Below, piece after piece: positions 15,401 to 32,071 of a stretch of 64,000 nt of DNA. The notes beneath the pieces were generated by a model, which was given only the letters and a program-made list of their open reading frames with translations, had not been told where the DNA came from and did not search any database. Each line of letters starts with the position of its first letter. The first letter of the stretch is position 1. The stretch spans positions 11,222,001-11,286,000 of the forward strand of contig OZ024747.1 of the NCBI GenBank assembly GCA_964016885.1, in the 5' to 3' direction. The translations under genes were made by a program, and so were the position numbers. The stretch comes from Eledone cirrhosa. Its lineage: Eukaryota.

Positions 15401-15659
15401 AGGGGTCATGTTATAATTTTTGGGGGTCGTGTTATACTTTTTGGGGCGTTGTGTTATAATTTGGGGGTCGTGTTATACGGGGGCGTCATGTCATACTTTG
15501 GGGTCGTGTTATACTTTGGGGGGTGATTTTATACTTGGGGGAGGGGGCATGTTATAGGGGGAGGGGCATGTTGCCAATAAAAACACATGCAATAGTTAAG
15601 TTTCACTTTAATTTATTATTAGTTGAGTAATTAATCCATAATTGGTCAGATCAGGTGTC

Positions 15660-16151
15660 TGCCTGCTACTGGTACCAAGTAACTTAGTATAACTTGCTTC
15701 ATGGTCGAGTGGTTAGTGACTAAACCAGCTCCCCCACCAGACTCTGGTCAAGTTAGCTCAGGCTTCTGGCTGCTGCTGATACCAAGTAACTTAGTACAAC
15801 TTGCTTCATGGTCGAATAGTCAGTGACTAAACCAGCTCCCTCACCAGACTCTGGTCAAGTTAGCTCAGGCTTCTGGCTGCTGCTGATACCAAGTAACTTA
15901 GTACAACTTGCTTCATGGTCGAGTGGTCAGTGACTAAACCAGCTCCCCCACCAGACTCTGGTCAAGTTAGCTCAGGCTTCTGGCTGCTGCTGATACCAAG
16001 TAACTTAGTACAACTTGCTTCATGGTCGAGTGGTCAGTGACTAAACCAGCTCCCTCACCAGACTCTGGTCAAGTTAGCTCAGGCTTCTGGCTGCTGCTGA
16101 TACCAAGTAACTTAGTACAACTTGCTTCATGGTCGAGTGGTCAGTGACTAA
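15660..16151. repeat. 107-bp tandem repeat, ~4.5 copies
   Basis: accaagtaactt at 15674, 15781, 15888, etc. Confidence 0.9.
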
Positions 16152-16931
16152 ATAGGAGGCTAAGTGGATTCACAGCAGCACAAAAAATGACCACAAGAGG
16201 TTAAGTGTGGTAGTGATGGTTGAATGGTGGTTGGGGCTGGTCATGGAGTTGTTGTTGGTGATGGTGTTGTGCTGGTAATGATGTAGCGGTGGTGTTGGTG
16301 GTGGTATAGTTGTAGTAGTGATAGAAGTGGTGGTGGTGGTGGTGGTGTAGATGCACAACAGTTGTAGAGGGATGTCACACCAAGTTGGGTCAAGAATTCC
16401 TGTCAATATTCTCCTGTTTTAAGTATCTTGTCGACATCCACAGACATGGTACCAAGTACCAGTCATGTACTAGGGTTTATCTAATACTATACCCACACTA
16501 CAGCACCTGTCTACTGTCTCCAAGTACCTACATCCATGCACATATTTAACCTGAAATGCACATGTTCACATGTAGTGCACATACTGCACATGGATCATAT
16601 TACCTCCTAAACTCTGCAAAAAACATTAACAGCTGCATCTCATCAATCTCTGTGACATCTACCTCCACCACCACCACACCACCACCACTGCCACCACCAC
16701 CCCAGTCACCACCCTAGCCACTACCACACCCTACACCACTACCACACCCTACACCACTACCACACCCTACACCACATCCAGCACAGCCGCCACCACCACC
16801 ACCACCTACACCACCACCACCATCACCCATTACAACCATCACCACCACCTCTGCTGCCACCACAGCCACAACCAACACCACCACCCACCATCCACCACAT
16901 TAGCAAACAAATCATGTTTTCATATGCGTCC

Positions 16932-17231
<300 letters not shown>

Positions 17232-17944
17232 CCATTGCATCTATTTGCATTTTGTATATGTGTGTGTATGTCTATATATATATATATATATATTATTGGC
17301 ATAATCTCTATATAAGTATCATTAGCTTCACTATGTCAGTATGCAGTAAGTAAACGTCACTGATGATGGTGTAACAATCCTGAAATACATGTACTTGGAG
17401 TTCTTACACAGTTACTGAGGTAGCTGTGATATAATTATGTATGTGTATGTGTATAGTACTGGTGTCTTGCTAAATTGCCCACATCCCAGTCAGTTAAGGC
17501 GTAGTGCTGGTACCACAATAAAAATACACCCAGTACACTCTGAAAAGTGGTTGGTGTTAAGAAGAATAGCCATGTTTAGAAAACCAAGCCAGAATACAGG
17601 TGTATAGAATACAGGTGTATAGAATACAGGTGTATAGAATACAGGTGTATAGAATACAGGTGTATAGAAGCATGACATTGTCACCTGATCTGTCTAGCCA
17701 CCTAACATGACAACCTGTTTTAACCACGGAAGCATGGAAAATAGACTTAAAATGGTGATGAGAAACAGACACACATACATGTACACACACACACACAGAC
17801 ACACACAGATACACACACACAGATACACAGACACAGATACACACAGACACATACACACATATGAAATTGTGTATTCCAAATCTAGATATTGAATGCAGAA
17901 GTGATTTCTTCCTATATATATATATATATATATGTATACATATA

Positions 17945-17989
<45 letters not shown>

Positions 17990-17993
17990 AAGA

Positions 17994-18051
<58 letters not shown>

Positions 18052-18441
18052 CCAAGAAGCTCCAACCGTTAAGGTTGTCTTTTTTTCCGGGTATGTCAAT
18101 ATTTATTTATAAAACAAATCTGTATTTTATCTGATGAAAGCACACCATAATTTGCCTTGGTTGCCCTTGAAATATGTATAATAAAATAAATATGGTTTTA
18201 TAAATATATTTTCCATTTATTAATATATTGTATATATATATATATTTGATATATATTTATCCTTATCGAGCCCTCTTTGGATTTTAGTCTTCAAATTCAA
18301 ATTTATTACTATATATATAGGATGAATGGTTACTACTTCATTACGTTATATATATATATATCCCTGGATATATATATATAGGTGTGTGTGCCCCAAAACT
18401 AGGCTAAACAATATATATATGTGTGTGTATATATATGTGCC

Positions 18442-18496
<55 letters not shown>

Positions 18497-18552
18497 GTAT
18501 GTATAGATATATGTATGTGTGTGTATGTCCCAAACCTAGTCTAGACAATATA

Positions 18553-18583
<31 letters not shown>

Positions 18584-18588
<5 letters not shown>

Positions 18589-18701
18589 AACGAGTAAGAC
18601 CCCGACGGCTGAGCTCAAGCCATTTCGACGGCTAATACTTAGTCCAGAATTAGCCGTCGAAACGGCTTGAGCTCAGCCGTCGGGGTCTTACTCGTTCCTA
18701 T
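18584..18701. repeat. Near-perfect 53-bp hairpin (MITE-like palindrome)
   Basis: Arms 18584-18636 and 18649-18701 are complementary with one mismatch; 12-nt loop. Confidence 0.9.
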
Positions 18702-18777
18702 TACCCACTCTACTACCCTAAGTATTGAGTACTTTGGTGCGTTATGGTCCACCTGGTTCCTTACCACATTTCCTTCG

Positions 18778-18814
<37 letters not shown>

Positions 18815-18879
18815 TATATATATATATATGTATTTGTGGTTATGTCAGTTTATGTCCTAAACCTAGTCTAGACAATATA

Positions 18880-19047
<168 letters not shown>

Positions 19048-19243
19048 TGTATTTGTGTTTATGTCAGTGTATGTCCCAAAGCTAGTCTAGACAATGTCCA
19101 GTGTAGAGAATACTACAGTGATTTCTTGTTTTAAATATTATCGATATAGACACCAGCCTCGTGCCTTGTTCATTGTTGTAACAAATACTGGAAATGGCGT
19201 TACAGATTGCTTCTTCTAATAGCTGACACATACACACATACAC

Positions 19244-19292
<49 letters not shown>

Positions 19293-19293
19293 C

Positions 19294-19329
<36 letters not shown>

Positions 19330-19383
19330 GTATATATATACACATATACACACATACATATACACACACACACACACACTCAT

Positions 19384-19428
<45 letters not shown>

Positions 19429-19441
19429 CATATACACACAC

Positions 19442-19486
<45 letters not shown>

Positions 19487-19555
19487 CATATATATATATA
19501 TATGTATATATATACACATATACACACATACATATACACACACACACACACTCAT

Positions 19556-19594
<39 letters not shown>

Positions 19595-19609
19595 CATATA
19601 CACATACAT

Positions 19610-19643
<34 letters not shown>

Positions 19644-19645
19644 TC

Positions 19646-19680
<35 letters not shown>

Positions 19681-19766
19681 CACATATACACACATACATA
19701 TACACACACACTCATACACACATATATATATATATGCATATATATACATACATATACACACACATT

Positions 19767-19799
<33 letters not shown>

Positions 19800-20113
19800 T
19801 CATATATATATATATATATGTATATATATACATATATACACACATACATATACACACACACACACACTCATACATATATATATATATATATATATGCATA
19901 TATATACACATATACACACACATACACTCCCACTCATTTACCATTCTCTCCAATATCTCACTCCCACTTTTACACCCTTCTTACCTCCCTTCACTCATTC
20001 AAGGCTGGGTGCTACCATTAAGGGCAACTAGGCAACCACAAAGGGCTCAGACCTGAATGAGGTACATTACTGAACCTTAAAGGATCACAGTTTTATATAA
20101 ATGTGTAAATATC

Positions 20114-20116
<3 letters not shown>

Positions 20117-20160
<44 letters not shown>

Positions 20161-20795
20161 GTGAGAGAGAGAGAGAGAGAGAGATAGTGAAAGAGAGAGA
20201 TGAGAGAGAGAGAGATAGTGAAAGAGGGAGATGAGAGAGAGAGAGATAGTGACATAAGAGATGAGAGAGAGGGAGATAGTGAAAGAGAGAGATGAGAGAG
20301 AGAGAGAGAGATAGTGAAAGAGGGAGATGAGAGAGAGAGAGATAGTGACATAAGAGATGAGAGAGAGGGAGATAGTGAAAGAGAGAGATGAGAGAGAGAG
20401 AGATAGTGAAAGAGGGAGATGAGAGAGAGAGAGATAGTGAAAGAGAGAGATGAGAGAGAGAGAGATAGTGAGAGAGAGAGATGAGAGAGAGAGAGATAGT
20501 GAGAGAGAGAGATGAGAGAGAGAGAGAGATAGTGAAAGAGGGAGATGAGAGAGAGAGAGATAGTGAAAAAGAGAGATGAGAGAGAGGGAGATAGTGAAAG
20601 AGGGAGATGAGAGAGAGAGAGATAGTGAGAGAGAGAGATGAGAGAGAGAGAGAGATAGTGAAAGAGAGAGATGAGAGAAAGGGAGATAGTGAAAGAGGGA
20701 GATGAGAGAGAGAGATAGTGAGAGAGAGAGATGAGAGAGAGAGAGAGATAGTGAAAGAGTGAGATGAGAGAGAGAGAGAGATAGTGAAAGAGAGA

Positions 20796-20833
<38 letters not shown>

Positions 20834-21135
20834 TGAAAGAGAGAGATGAGAGAGAGAGAGATAGTGAAAGAGAGAGATGAGAGAGAGAGAGAGATAGTGA
20901 AAGAGAGAGATGAGAGAGAGAGAGAGATAGTGAAAGAGAGAGATGAGAGAGAGAGAGATAGTGAAAGAGAGAGATGAGAGAGAGAGAGAGATAGTGAAAG
21001 AGAGAGATGAGAGAGAGAGAGATAGTGAAAGAGAGAGATGAGAGAGAGAGAGATAGTGAAAGAGAGAGATGAGAGAGAGAGAGAGATAGTGAAAGAGAGA
21101 GATAAGAGAGAGAGAGAGATAGTGAAAGAGAGAGA
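20117..21135. repeat. Compound (GA)n minisatellite (gagatagtgaaagagagagat units)
   Basis: Direct inspection. Confidence 0.9.
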
Positions 21136-21220
21136 CAGAGTAACACACCGACTGTGGACCTTCGGTTTTGGATAACTCTGTTCCAATCCTGTGCTACATG
21201 GCATAGGAGTTGTAAGTCTT

Positions 21221-21665
21221 CTGTCTATTGACTGATGAATGCCACATGTTGAGACAATCTATTGACAGGTGAGCGCCACATGGAGAGACACTTAGTCTAT
21301 CAACAGACAAATGCCACATGTTGATATGCTCAGTCTATTGACAGATGAATGCCACATGTTGAGAAACTCGGACTATTGACAGATGAATGCCACATGGTGA
21401 GACACTCAGTCTATTGACAAATAAATGCCACATGGTGAGACACTCAGTCTATCGACAGACGAATGCCATATGGTGGGACACTCAGTCTATTGACAGACAG
21501 ATGCCACATGTCGAGACACTCAGTCTATTTACTGTCGAATGTCACATGGTGAGAGACTATTTACTGACAAATGCCACATGGTGAGAGACTCAGTCTATTT
21601 ACTGATGAATGCCACATGGTGAGAGACTCTATTTACTGACAAATACCACATGGTGAGAGACTCAG
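21221..21665. repeat. Diverged ~39-bp minisatellite (tctattgacagatgaatgccacatggtgagacactcag)
   Basis: About 11 diverged tandem units. Confidence 0.85.
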
Positions 21666-23066
21666 AGTAGACACATTATGAATGATTAGTCTGATATACA
21701 ATATTTTTATCTTATCTATGCAACACACACACACACTAATAGACCCGGTCCATTAGATGGTAAGAGCTTTAATACTATATAATGTTTAGAGTTCAGGATT
21801 GCTATGGCAATAAAATTCCCAAATACTGGGAATTATCCACATTTCCTTCCTTCAGCCTGTGGTATTCAGGACGTTTTATGAGAGCTGGGCCACTGACAAC
21901 AAGGTTTTTATCAATACTAGTGGCTCTGAAGTGAAGTTTTTGATTGTTGTGGAAGAGGATGATAAAGACAACAAATACCAATGATTCTGGTTGGATATAT
22001 AACTTTACTACACTGCAGTAAAAAGGAAAAAAATATGATTACTTTGAATCATAAATATAAAGTTTGATGGTAGTATTCACATCTGAGATGTGCTGGACTC
22101 TGTGTTTAATATTATGTCATGTTCGATTAAAATGTGACAAGTTGTAGTCAGACAGTATGTGCCAGCATAGGTAGTTGTAAGCTCACAGTGGCAAGGAAGC
22201 TGTGTTGTCTATATGAAGAGGCAGATGACTGAGTTGTTTGCTAAGTCCTACATCTTGTTACCTGCTTGAGCAACTTGAAGTGATCTTCTCTTCCAAGGAA
22301 CCACAGTAGAATGACCCAAAGAAAAATTTATCTCATTTTCATTTAACTTCAAGTTGGCCAGCCTCTTGATAAAGAGAAATAGCAGCCAGATGTTATTCTG
22401 GGATCAGTGTGTGTGTGGAGAAATTTCGCTACAGTTTGTCTTACCAAGCTATCAGGTGATGCTCCTGGTGAGGGTTACTTGGTTATTCTTGTGCCTAGCC
22501 ACACTATCACCCACAGCAATGCTATGAATGGGTTCGCTTGCCTCAAAAGTTATTAAAGGGAAACACCAGCCCCTCTAGTGGTGTGTGATTGAGTGTGTGG
22601 GCCCTCTCCTCTCACCTTTTTCTTCATCATTAAAATATATCTGGTGGGAAACCTGACACTTTTTTCCAATTAATCAAAATAAACTAGTTAAAAATTCATT
22701 AATATAAATGTATCACAAAATAGTCATACAAATTGGGACATTTATGGTTAGCATAAAAGAAACCCTATAGTTTGTGTTCATTGATATTTTAATACTTCGT
22801 TTCTACGATATAATTATATATAACTGTTCAGCATGTATGTACAAATAACATACAGGATCATAGGTAGGAGTAACTTTGGAAAAATAACTATTTAAGGGGA
22901 CAAATGTAGGGTTAGAACCCAAGACTTTGTGGTTGGAGAGCATAGTTCTTATTGTAGTAACATGACTGAGATAGGAAATGTATTGCGTGTTTGTGAGAAT
23001 ATTAGTTACAGACATATATATGTATATATCTATATATATACATATATATATATACATATATATATA

Positions 23067-23115
<49 letters not shown>

Positions 23116-23215
23116 TCATCACCATTTAACGTCCATTTTTCCATGCTAGCATGGGTTAGACGAGTTCTCCAGCTGTGAGCCACGCCAAATCAGATGACCG
23201 AGTCTTGCTCACACA

Positions 23216-23273
<58 letters not shown>

Positions 23274-23921
23274 TATACATATAAATACATACATACATTA
23301 CATATACAAGCATACAAGCTTACACATAAACACAAATTACATAAACACATTTGCACACACAAACACACAAATACACAAACTGGCACATAAACAAACCACA
23401 CAAATATACACACGCAAATAAATAAATATATATATATATATGTGTGTGTTTATATATTTATATATATATATGTGTGTGTGTGTGTTTATATATTTTTATA
23501 TATATATATATATGCAGCGGCTATTATTTCAGGGTTGTAAAGCAAATTGTACGTTAATTGAACATAATTCACTGTGGAGGTGACTGATGCTTGTTGAATG
23601 AATAATACATCTATTATTTATACATTAACAGACACACACACCGCCTCTCTCTTTCTCTACACACACACACCGCCTTTCTCTATAGACACACACACCTCCC
23701 CTCTCTATAGACACGCACACAAGCACTGAGCCTCTCTCTATATACACACACACACGCAGCACTTCCCTTTCCACACACACATACACCGCCTCTCCCCTCA
23801 CACAACCTCTCTCTCTCTCCCCCTCTCTACACACACTTATACACACCTTTTATAAACGATATTCTAATATACCATTATTGTATTGTTCTCTGCTACTCTT
23901 GTTTTTTCATGATTTTTTTTA

Positions 23922-24058
<137 letters not shown>

Positions 24059-24316
24059 GTGTGTGTGTGTGTATGTATATAGTCTTTTACTGATTTCAGT
24101 CACTAGGCTGCGGCCATGCTGGTGCATCGGCTTAGGTATATATCCGTATGTTTGGGTTTACAAACCTCAGGAGTGCTCAAAACTAAAGTAGATAATATTA
24201 TATTCTATTACTGAGGTTTCTCTCTGTTGCTACTCTGGGTCTCTCAGATTGCCGTTGATCAATCGAAACTCGGAGTAACTACAGAGATAGATAGAGAGAG
24301 AGAGACGTAGGAAGGT

Positions 24317-24398
<82 letters not shown>

Positions 24399-24876
24399 GT
24401 AGGAAGGTAGATAGATAGATTTCTTTATGATAGATAGATAGATAGATAGAGAGAGAGAGGGGGGGAGACGTAGGTAGATAGACAGATAAGTAGAGAGATA
24501 AGTAGACACAGTTAGAGACATAGATAGATAGAAAGAGAGAGAGAGAGAAAAAGAATGATATAAAAAGAGATGGCAACACCTTTATCCAAGTCTGATAACA
24601 AGGCAAGTAGATGTGTAAATAAGAAACTGACATCAGCCCCCAAGTAATATATATAACAAGCGAGCTATTTGTAAAGACATTGACTTTACGTCAGCTTCCT
24701 AACTATATCATGTAAGCAATATAATATGTATAATAAGACAAGGGTTTATCTATAAGACCCCTAGTATATTCAAACTAACTATATTAAGACACTGACACAT
24801 CCGTTAGCCCCAGGTAACATAACAAGCCAGTTTCAATTGACAAAGGTATAAGAGTCTTAACCGACAGCTCTTAGTG

Positions 24877-24907
<31 letters not shown>

Positions 24908-25470
24908 GTGTATACATATATACGTGTATATCCACTAAACTATAAATGTATAATAAGAAGAGCGACTTATCTGTCAGCCCTAAGTATATCAAATGAAATC
25001 AGCTCTAATTAATTGACAAGATATACATAATAAAACAAGATATTCTATTGCCTCACTCACCCGTCCGACTCCATATAGGCAGGTCTGTTGATAGACAGAA
25101 TCACCAAACTGCTAGTCGAAGTCTCCATCTGTAGGTTACAGCAACAACTGATGATAGTGGTGCTGATCATACGTCTTCGTCTTCTAGTTGGCTTCTGGGA
25201 TTCTTCCTCGCTCTTACACGCCACCACAATCACTACCGTCGCCGCCACCAACACACTCCTCCTCATACGTCGTTAAGCTACCACCGTCGTCTCATCCATT
25301 GACATCATCACCACTATCACTATCACTTACCACCACCACCACCATTCCTTCCAGCAGCATCATATTACCATCCAGGGACCGCGGAGCTGTTTTTAGGTGA
25401 AGATGGTGGTGGAGGTGGTGGATGATAACTAAAAGCGCACTCACACACACACACACACACGTATATATAT

Positions 25471-25506
<36 letters not shown>

Positions 25507-25749
25507 GGAGAGAGAGAGAGAAAGAGGGAGAAAGAAAAAAGAGAGAAAGAGAGAGAGAGAGAATGAAAGAGGGAGAAAGAAAAAAGAGAGAGAATGAAAG
25601 GTGTTAAAATACCGAAATATTTTTTTACATAGTGCCTTTTATTTTTTATGAAAAGTTTTTTTGGGGGTGGGGTGATTGGGGTGATGTCCCCCACCCCAAC
25701 TTCCAATCGTGGTCCCTGCCCTCACCAACACCATCAATTACGTTATCGA

Positions 25750-28100
<2,351 letters not shown>

Positions 28101-28142
28101 CCACCAGACACACGTGTATGTGTGTGTGTGTGCGCGCGCGTG

Positions 28143-28199
<57 letters not shown>

Positions 28200-28266
28200 C
28201 AACAAAGAGGCTGTGGTAAGATACCAGCTGTCAAAACGGTCAGAGCTCAGGGGTCTGACTCTTTTC

Positions 28267-28352
<86 letters not shown>

Positions 28353-28679
28353 ATGTATATACTATTTGTTATGTCTTCATTATGTTTATTGATTGGTGAC
28401 GTACGTTTCACTATTGATCAGCTCAAGGTTCAATCTGACCCGATTCTGGACTCAAAAGCTCGTTGGACCTCTGCTGTGGTAATGACGGAATATATATCCC
28501 TGGATATATATATATATATGTATATATACTCATTATTATTCCTTACGGGGTCGATAAAATAAAGTACCGGTAATGTACTGGGTAATTGCTGGCCTTGTGC
28601 CAATAGTAGAAACGATTATTATTAAGGCTAAACAGTGAGTCTTGTTTTCTGAGTTTCATATATATATATACATTCACAC

Positions 28680-28710
<31 letters not shown>

Positions 28711-28816
28711 CACATATAAGAGATGTCAAAATGAATGGACCTGTTATTTTTAGCTAAAGACATTTTTTCAAATTCCAACCTGCCCATCCCCTCAATCTAT
28801 CTTATTTCTCATTCTT

Positions 28817-28852
28817 TCTTCTGATGAAGGACTAGCATCCGAAACGTTAAGA
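28817..28852 (+). ncRNA. Minimal hammerhead-like motif
   Basis: TCTT-CTGATGA-A-GGA-ctagca-TCC-GAAA-CGTT-AAGA; 4-bp stem I, palindromic stem III. Confidence 0.65.
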
Positions 28853-28939
28853 CCCTCTTCCTGCTATATCAAGCGTTAACCTAATATATTCCTTCCATAT
28901 ACTGTACCGATTGTGTTGTTATTTCTGTTACCTTTTACA

Positions 28940-30046
28940 TCACGGTTCTAAGACAACATTTCTTACCATATGAGATGTCATCTGGTGTACCACAGGGATC
29001 TATTCTTGGCCCTCTTTTGTTTGTGGCATATATTAATGACATAGATGCCAACTTAAAGAATGCCACAGTACTGAAATATGCAGATGACATCAAGCTGTAC
29101 CTTGAGATAAAAAGGACAGATCCTGAACACTATAGATCTTGCCTGTAATCTAACCTGGACACAATGCAACAATGGATCGCAGACTGGTAACTTAAGCTAG
29201 CTGTGGACAAGTGTACTACCATGCATTTTGGGAGTAAAAATCCAGCGTCCACATACTCCCTCCACAACACTAACATCAAGAAGTCTTCTTGTGAACGTGA
29301 CCTGGGCATTACTGTCAGCAGTGATTTGCGTTGGACGTAGCACGTCTCTAAAATTGTCAAGAAGGCCGAGGATGTCTTAGCATCACTCAGCAAGACCTTT
29401 GTCAGCCACTCTCCAGCTATCTATTTAAAGCTGTATATAGCTATGGTGCGGTCACACTTAGAATTTGTATCACCAGTCTGGAACCCCTATCTTGCTCAGA
29501 ACATTGACCACCTGGAAACTGTTCGGGGACGTGCAACCAAGCGAATACCCTCCATCAGGCATCCACCATACTCTGAACGCCTTGCTTCCTTGGGCATAGA
29601 TACATTGAAGCTCTGACGTCTGGCAACTGACTTGGTAAACACCCACAAAATTATTAACCATCTTGCCAACAACAACCCTGAGTACCTTTTTGATTTCTAT
29701 GTGTCTAACACACGTGGACATGCCCACAAAGTCAGAAAACAGCACAGCTCCCATGACTTTCGGAAACATTTTATCATTCTCAGAGTTGCTGAAGCATGGA
29801 ACAAACTACCTGCATCAGTTGTTAGCTATCAAGACACTGCATCCTTTAAGGCCTCCATGCTTCCTGAGATTCGCCAACACTACACCTAATATTCCCCCTC
29901 TACACACACGCACACATGAATATCATGACTCATACACTATTCACTTCCCTGACATTTGTATATTATTCTATGTACTATACATGCACCTTTGACGAGTTGT
30001 AGTGCACCTGAGCATTGTACACAATAATTTCATTATTATTATTATC
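28940..30046 (+). mobile_element. 5'-truncated, inactivated CR1-clade LINE (RT C-terminal half + 3' UTR + (ATT)n tail)
   Basis: Translates SGVPQGSILGPLLFVAYINDI...YADDIKL...ERDLGITVS...VWNPY...RVAEAWNKLP with several in-frame stops. Confidence 0.92.
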
Positions 30047-30427
30047 AAATTTCATTTGAAAAGGAAAATCAGGGTAGAGAGGGAAGTGCTCTCTTCCCAG
30101 CATTTTGTTGAAAGATGGGTGAGAGAAGCAAGAATGGCCCGAGTGAATGGGCCTACTCTGAGTATGTGTCTGTAAATTAAAGGTGGAAAACTGGGAGAGG
30201 GCACTTGCCCTGGTCGTCAGGGTCACTGTGGCATTTTAATGGGCTTTCTCCACAAATGTCCCTCCGAAGTCTCCCTCCTATTGGGTAATTTTTCATTGTT
30301 ATTTTTTTGTTACATCCTCTGTTTTTGTTTTTTTTACACGCAGAAATGCCCATTTGTACCGTCCTGTATTGTCCTGTACTGTCCTTAATGTCTACTTTAT
30401 GTAAACCCTTGTGGTTAATAAAGAAAA

Positions 30428-30480
<53 letters not shown>
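30047..30480 (+). mobile_element. 3' end of a probable Tx1/L1-clade LINE with AATAAA and (ATT)n tail
   Basis: ORF end KFHLKRKIRVEREVLSSQHFVERWVREARM...* resembles Tx1 ORF2 C-termini; ends taataaagaaaac(att)n. Confidence 0.55.
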
Positions 30481-30496
<16 letters not shown>

Positions 30497-31356
30497 TGTG
30501 TGTGTGTTTATTAATTCAATTCCACACGAGGTTTGACTAGCCTGCTTTTAAATTCCCCTCTGGCACATTTTAGCAGTGGTATTTAGTTAACGTTGTTGGC
30601 ACTACTGAGGAATGACTCCAACCGTGACTAACCCCACTGAAAAGTTTCGTGAAATAGTCATTTGTAGATTTGTAGATTTGTAGATTTGTAGATTTGTAGA
30701 TTTTTCCAAATTGACGGATAAGTATTTACTCTTAATTTTATTTTGAGTTAAGATTCTATTGTTTTTTCCCCCGGATTACACAAAATCTGTGGATAAAATT
30801 TCTGGTCTTGACTTGTTTTGAATTGGGATTAAATTATTTTCCCATATCTTACGTTAAATATTTTTCATCTTGACGTAATAGTCACTTATATGTCTGAATT
30901 ACTGTTGGCTTCTTGCTTACATTAATTTCTCTATTTTCATTTATATATATATCATCATCATCATCATTTTACGTCCGCTTTTCCCTGCTTGCAAGGGATT
31001 GTAACATCCAGTTACTGTAGGTTTACCAAGTGAGCACTCGATGTGTAGTTTCCAGTAGGTATATTGGTGTTGTACTAAGCAGAGTGTCATTACCATAACA
31101 GAAGTTCAATGAGCTTTTAATTCCAGAGTCAGGCCCGGGTGATACAGAGACTTGAGCTGATCAATCACGAAACACATGTCACACTTCAATAAACGTAATG
31201 AAAATTTAACACCTCGTCCATTTTATTATCATATATATATATATTTTATTATCATATATATATGTGTGTGTGTGTGTGTATAGTTAATAAATGAAACTCA
31301 GGAGGAGGTAATTTTACACAGTTATATTAGGTTCACGCTTGGAGGAAGTGGAAGAG

Positions 31357-31394
31357 CTTTCAACGTTTCAGACAGAAGTCCTTCTTCAGGAAAG
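31357..31394 (-). ncRNA. Minimal hammerhead-like motif
   Basis: Reverse complement: CTTTC-CTGAAGA-A-GGAC-ttct-GTCT-GAAA-CGTT-GAAAG; 5-bp stem I, palindromic AACGTT stem III. Confidence 0.7.
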
Positions 31395-31446
31395 TTTTGA
31401 TAAAGAGAAAACAGATAGATGTATATATATATGTGTATATATAGAT

Positions 31447-31892
31447 GGAGGCACATGGCCTTGTGGTTAGAGCATTGGCCTACAATCGAAAGGTTGTGAG
31501 TTCAATTCTCAGGCCGGGTGATGTGTTGTTTCCTTGAGCAAGACACTTTATTTCACATTGCTCCAGTTTACTCAGCTGTAGAAATGAGATGATAGGGACT
31601 GGGGTCCCTATCATTCCACTGCAAAGTGGTCGTGGAGGTGCTACGGCAAAAAAGCACCCAGCCCACACTGTAAAGTGGACGTGGAGGTGCCACGGCAAAA
31701 AAAGCACCCAGCACTGACTGTAAATGAGGTTGGTGTTAGGAAGGGCATCCAGCTGTAGAAATCAAGCCAGAATCAGTTCCCGTATGAGCAAGACAAGCTC
31801 AGTCGACCGGACATTGCCCAAAACAGGACAGCCCATCTAACCCATGCTAGCATGGAAGAACGGACGTAAAATGGTGATGATGATGATGATGA
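31447..31892 (+). mobile_element. tRNA-derived SINE, second copy
   Basis: Closely matches 7653-7990; (GAT)n tail. Confidence 0.85.
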
Positions 31893-32071
31893 TAGATGAT
31901 TATATACCATTTAAGTTATTTTATTTACCAATGGGTAGACCTTGTAGTAAACTACCTTCTCACGATACAACACTTTTCTGACAGGCAACCTCTGAATCAA
32001 ATTTTCAGTTTTCAATTTCCTATTCTCTTTTCCATATCTTGCAATATTTGGGTTGAATGTAACCATGTTAT

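Noticed and set aside
21790-22015. Alternative minus-strand exon candidate after a good acceptor (ttactgcag)
   Set aside because: One frame is open for ~69 codons but unrecognisable. Another resembles a decayed LINE endonuclease (IGICCLYHP), so it is probably a repeat remnant.
28370-28465. ctgatcaatagtgaaacgtacgtc (minus strand) and a related copy near 31157 as hammerheads
   Set aside because: The core is CTGATCA rather than CTGANGA and there is no adequate stem II; treated as a dispersed repeat fragment only.
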